DNA of 64,000 bases, taken from NCBI GenBank assembly GCA_052387815.1, contig JBQTIU010000028.1:38506-102505 (forward strand), in the 5' to 3' direction. The notes under the pieces are model-generated. The model did no database searches, was not told where the DNA came from, and was given only the letters and a program-made list of their open reading frames with translations. Position 1 is the stretch's first letter; each line of letters starts with the position of its first letter. Origin of the DNA: Pseudomonadota bacterium (GTDB lineage: Bacteria; Pseudomonadota; Alphaproteobacteria; CACIAM-22H2). Below, piece by piece: positions 60,341-64,000 of this stretch. A program made the translations under genes and the position numbers.

Positions 60341-61233
60341 TGGCCGTCCCGGTCGCACAGGCGGTCCCTCGCGTTCCCGCCCGCCATCCTCCGGCGGTCG
60401 CGTTTCTCTTGACCCAGCCGCTCGGCGCCGTTGGCCTGCTGGTCATCGTCGTCATGAGCCTGGCCGCGATCTTCGCCGACCTCGTCGCCCCCTACGACCC
60501 GCTCGCCGTCGACTTCGGCGCCATGCTCGGCCCTCCGTCGGCGAGCCATCCCTTGGGCACCGACAATTTCGGGCGTGACGTGCTGAGCCGGGTCATTTAC
60601 GGCGCCCGCACCGCCCTTGCGGTCGGGCTCGTGTCGGCGTTCTTCGGCTCCAGCCTCGGCGCCGTGATCGGCGTCGTGTCGGCCTATTTCGGCGGGCGGA
60701 TCGACCTCGTGATCCAGCGCTTCGTCGACATCCTGCTGTCGTTCCCGATCATCGTGCTGGCGATGGTCGTGGTCACGGTGGTGCGCAAGGTTTCCGTGCT
60801 CGGCATTGACGTCAACCTCATCGTCGCCATCGCCATCCCGATGGTGCCCAAGGTCGCGCGCGTGGTGCGATCCTCGGCGCTTGCCATTCGCGAGATGCCC
60901 TATATCGATGCCGCGCGGGCGGCCGGATACTCGCATCGTCGCATCATCTTCCGCCACATCACCCCCAACGTGGTGGCGCCTTATCTCATCATGCTGACCG
61001 CGTTCGTCGCCCAAGCGATCCTGCTCGAGGCCTCGCTGTCTTTCCTCGGCCTCGGCGTCACCGAGCCGACCCCCTCCTGGGGCCTGATGCTGTCGGGCAC
61101 CGCCGCCGATTTCTACCGCGAGGCGCCGTGGATGATCATCTTCCCCGGGCTCGCCATCAGCCTCGCCGTCTTTGCCTTCAACCTGTTCGGCGATTCCTTG
61201 CGCGACTGGCTCGATCCCAAGCTCAAGGTGTGA
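60340..61233 (+). CDS. ABC transporter permease (DppC-like)
   Basis: HPLGTDNFGRD, YIDAARAAG, EASLSFLGLG, GDSLRDWLDP. Confidence 0.95.
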   Translation: MAVPVAQAVPRVPARHPPAVAFLLTQPLGAVGLLVIVVMSLAAIFADLVAPYDPLAVDFGAMLGPPSASHPLGTDNFGRDVLSRVIYGARTALAVGLVSAFFGSSLGAVIGVVSAYFGGRIDLVIQRFVDILLSFPIIVLAMVVVTVVRKVSVLGIDVNLIVAIAIPMVPKVARVVRSSALAIREMPYIDAARAAGYSHRRIIFRHITPNVVAPYLIMLTAFVAQAILLEASLSFLGLGVTEPTPSWGLMLSGTAADFYREAPWMIIFPGLAISLAVFAFNLFGDSLRDWLDPKLKV

Positions 61234-61244
61234 CAGAGGCGCGC

Positions 61245-61282
61245 GCCGACCGGGAGCCCGACGTCGGGCTGTGACGGTCGGC
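61245..61282 (+). terminator. GC-rich stem-loop after the ABC operon
   Basis: GCCGACCG...CGGTCGGC enclosing AGCCCGACGTCGGGCT; no adjacent U-tract. Confidence 0.35.
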
Positions 61283-61400
61283 CGCTTCGAGGCGGTGGGC
61301 GGGATGACGGGCTTTTCTTTGCCCATGTCCGCACCCGAAAGTCGGTCCACATGATATGCCGTGCGGGCGATCCGCCGCCGACCAAGGGGTGCGCACGACC

Positions 61401-61792
61401 GTGCCGGCGTCAGCCGACGAGCAATACCCTGCGCACCATGATTTGAGCCGGCGCCCCCGGGGCCTGCATCTGAGGCGGCGCAAGGCGATGTCGTGGAATT
61501 CACCGCCCGGCGCACCGAGAAAACGTCGGAGAGGCCGCATGGGGTCGGCTACGCGTTGGTGTTCCGGCCGCAAGCGGGCGGACCGCCTTATGTGCGTTTC
61601 GACAACGCCCACCCGGTCGAGCATCGCGGCGGTCGTTATGCGAGGAGCCCGCGGGCTTACGATCATTGGCACCGGACGACGAAGGATCCGGGTCGACCTT
61701 ACGCATTCATGACGGCGGCGCAGCTTCTCGATGACTTTTGGCGGGAAGTCAAGAGAGGGATGGTCGAGAAGGGAATACCAAATGACCTATAG
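61401..61792 (+). pseudogene. DUF6516/TumE-like toxin with a degraded 5' end
   Basis: RPHG..YAL, RFDNAH, DHWH, LLDDFWREV in 61493-61792; expected N-terminus out of frame with a stop at 61439; 5' boundary approximate. Confidence 0.65.
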
Positions 61793-62234
61793 GACCGGAA
61801 CGATCGGTGAATTCGCGACCTGAGCCAAGCGGGTGGTGCGCGACCCTGCGGCCGCCAAGGTCGCACCGAAGAGATGGTTCGACAGCGCGGCGACAGCGCG
61901 GCGCGCGGCCGAAGGGAACCCGTCCGCGGAAGCGATGGTGAAACTGCTGTCGCCGGAGAACCTGGCGCTCTTGCAAGCGATCCGCCGCCACAAGCCGGAG
62001 TCGATGCGGCGATTGGCGCAAGTGACGGGCCGTAAGGAGTCGAATCTCTCGCGGACGCTGAAGAAGCTTGAACGGGCGGGCATCGTGCGTTTGACGGCGG
62101 GGCATGGCCGTACCCGCGTGCCGACAGTGGTCGCCCGCAAGGTGCGCCTGGAGATCGATCTGGGCGGCGCGGACAGCGCGGTTGCGGTCGAGGGGACGCC
62201 GCGCTCGCGCCAGCGGGCCGGATTTCGCGCCTGA
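61782..62234 (+). pseudogene. HVO_A0114-like/MarR HTH antitoxin with a premature stop
   Basis: ATG 61782 MTYRTGTIGEFAT*AKRVVRD (TGA 61821) in frame with LLSPENLALL..PESMRRLA..GRKESNLSRTLKKL. Confidence 0.75.
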
Positions 62235-62355
62235 AACGGTGGGCCTCGCGGTCGCCTGGTGGGAGCAGTTGGCGCTGCGGCCCGCGACCCGACCCTCCGC
62301 GCCCGCCCGATCTCCCGCGGCTCGCGCGACCCGCTTGGCCACGCGAGCCGCGGGT

Positions 62356-63171
62356 TCATGCGTCCGCGGCCCAGGCCGCGAGCTCCTCGCGGCCCTCGAG
62401 CATGTCGTCGAGCGACCCGAACGCCGTCATGTAGTGCCCGCGGAACCCTGAGGATTCGAGGCGCCTGAACAGCGCCCGGAAATCGATGTTGCCCTCGCCG
62501 GGCTTGAGATGGAGCTCGCGGTCGCCGAGATTGTCGGCGAGCCGCACTTCGCCCAGGCGGGCGAGACCCAGGTCATCGAGGAAGCCGCCGATCCCTTCGG
62601 GAACCAGATGGGCGTGGTTGACGGTGAACGACCAGCCGAGATGGGAGGAGCCGATGCGATCGAAATAGGTCCGGCATTCCCGCAGATCATACGCCAGGTA
62701 ATGGACCTCGGCGTGGTCGGGTTCGCGGTTCAGGTTCTCGAGCAGCAGCTTGGCGCCGGCCTTCTCCGCATATTCAGCCGCCCGCGCCAGCCGCTCCAGC
62801 GAGGCGGCGAGGCGCGCGTCGTAGTCCGCGGTGAAGTGATAGCCGGCGTGGACGACGATCCATCCGGCACCGAGGCGCCCGGCGACATCGATGTAGGTCT
62901 TGAGGTAAAGGTCGACCGCCTCGCGCACGAAGGGCGAGGTCTCGGCGATGTTGACCGCGGACAACGTGTGCAGACCGAGGCGCACGCCGTGGCGCTCCAG
63001 CGCCCCTCGGATGCCCGACGCCCTCTCGGCGGTGAACGATTCGAGCGCGTTCGGCGCCAGGTCGATCTCGACGTCGATGCAGCGGACACCGTTGGCCGCC
63101 GCCCAGGCGATGCCGTCCTCCAGCCTCAAGCGCCGGCCGATATCGACCCCGATCCGCTCTTTGAGACTCAT
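62356..63171 (-). CDS. Sugar phosphate isomerase/epimerase (xylose isomerase-like TIM barrel)
   Basis: GLHT, VVHAGY, LLLENLN, ADNLG..ELHL.PGEGNIDF; ATGA overlap with tctA. Confidence 0.85.
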   Translation of the reverse strand: MSLKERIGVDIGRRLRLEDGIAWAAANGVRCIDVEIDLAPNALESFTAERASGIRGALERHGVRLGLHTLSAVNIAETSPFVREAVDLYLKTYIDVAGRLGAGWIVVHAGYHFTADYDARLAASLERLARAAEYAEKAGAKLLLENLNREPDHAEVHYLAYDLRECRTYFDRIGSSHLGWSFTVNHAHLVPEGIGGFLDDLGLARLGEVRLADNLGDRELHLKPGEGNIDFRALFRRLESSGFRGHYMTAFGSLDDMLEGREELAAWAADA

Positions 63172-64000
63172 GTCCCGACCGTGAGCCGTCGGCGCTTGCG
63201 CCACAGCCGGTAGGCGAGCGGCCCCAGCAGGGCGGCGGCGGTCGCCAGCAGCAAGAGGGCGGATACCGGGCGCGTCACGAAGATCGCCATGTTGCCATGC
63301 GAAAGCGTCAGCGACTGGCGCAGCGCGTTCTCGAACAGCGGCTCGAGGACCAGCCCCAGGACCAAGGGCGCGGCGGGAAAGTCGTACTTTTTCATGTAGT
63401 AGCCGAGCACGCCGAGGCCCGACATCAGCCACACATCGTCGAGGCTGTTCGCCTGGCTGTAGACCCCGGCGATGCACAGGGCGAGGATGATCGGGTAAAG
63501 AACGGCGTAGGGGATGCGCAGCAGGAACGCGAACAGGCCGGCGAGCGGCAGGTTGAGGACGAGCAGAACCGCGTTGCCGATATACATGCTGGCGATGACG
63601 GCCCACACGAGGTCGGGGTGCTGCTCGAAGAGCTGCGGCCCCGGGCGCAGCCCGTACATGATGAGGGCCCCGAGCATGATCGCGGTCGTGTTCGACCCCG
63701 GAATCCCGAGCGCGAACATCGGCACCATGGCGCCGGCCGAGGCGGAATTGTTGGCGGCCTCGGGCGCCGCCACCGCCTCCATGACCCCGGTCCCGAAGCG
63801 CTCCGGGTGTTTTGAGACTCGTTTCTCGACCGCGTAGGCGATGAACGAGGCGATCGTCGCGCCGGCGCCGGGGAGGACCCCGATCACATAGCCGATCGCC
63901 GTGCCGCGCAGGATCGCCCAGCGGCAAGCGAGCCAGTCGGCGCGGTTCGGATAGATGTTGCGAATCCTGGTCTCCACGACCACCGCGGGTAGGTTCTTCT
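63168..64000 (-). CDS. tctA: Tripartite tricarboxylate transporter permease TctA (5' end outside window)
   Basis: GVLPGAGATIASF, APEAANN, LGIPGS, GLRPGP, APLVLGLVL. Confidence 0.93.
   Translation of the reverse strand, partial: KNLPAVVVETRIRNIYPNRADWLACRWAILRGTAIGYVIGVLPGAGATIASFIAYAVEKRVSKHPERFGTGVMEAVAAPEAANNSASAGAMVPMFALGIPGSNTTAIMLGALIMYGLRPGPQLFEQHPDLVWAVIASMYIGNAVLLVLNLPLAGLFAFLLRIPYAVLYPIILALCIAGVYSQANSLDDVWLMSGLGVLGYYMKKYDFPAAPLVLGLVLEPLFENALRQSLTLSHGNMAIFVTRPVSALLLLATAAALLGPLAYRLWRKRRRLTVGT

Noticed and set aside
61821-61823. Recoded TGA (Trp/Sec), or TAG read-through at 53777
   Set aside because: TGA and TAG are ordinary stops throughout the window; both loci show other signs of decay

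Overview
High-GC alphaproteobacterial chromosome segment (Rhodospirillales-like gene order and MetH type; taxonomy is inference). It is mostly housekeeping: ettA, mlaC/mlaA, a sahR-metF-metH methionine operon, uvrD, prmA, aminopeptidase P, ligA-recN-bamD, lpxC, a near-complete dcw cluster (mraZ to ftsZ) that lacks murD, RNase P RNA, a peptide/nickel-type ABC importer and the end of a TctA operon. The most notable accessory element is a ~4.5 kb segment bounded by an 80-bp direct repeat (20945-21024 / 25434-25513). It holds a decayed xerC fragment and a lower-GC cassette in which a yybP-ykoY (Mn2+) riboswitch precedes a universal stress protein and a P2A-type ATPase. Other points of interest are a possible UPF0149/YgfB-like domain fused to aminopeptidase P, an in-frame MNT-HEPN fusion, a prmA ORF with no stop at the normal position, an alpha-type SOS box upstream of the dcw promoter, an HtrA-like protein lacking catalytic His/Asp, two REP families and several pseudogenes. 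All calls come from motif recognition by eye; no database searches were run.
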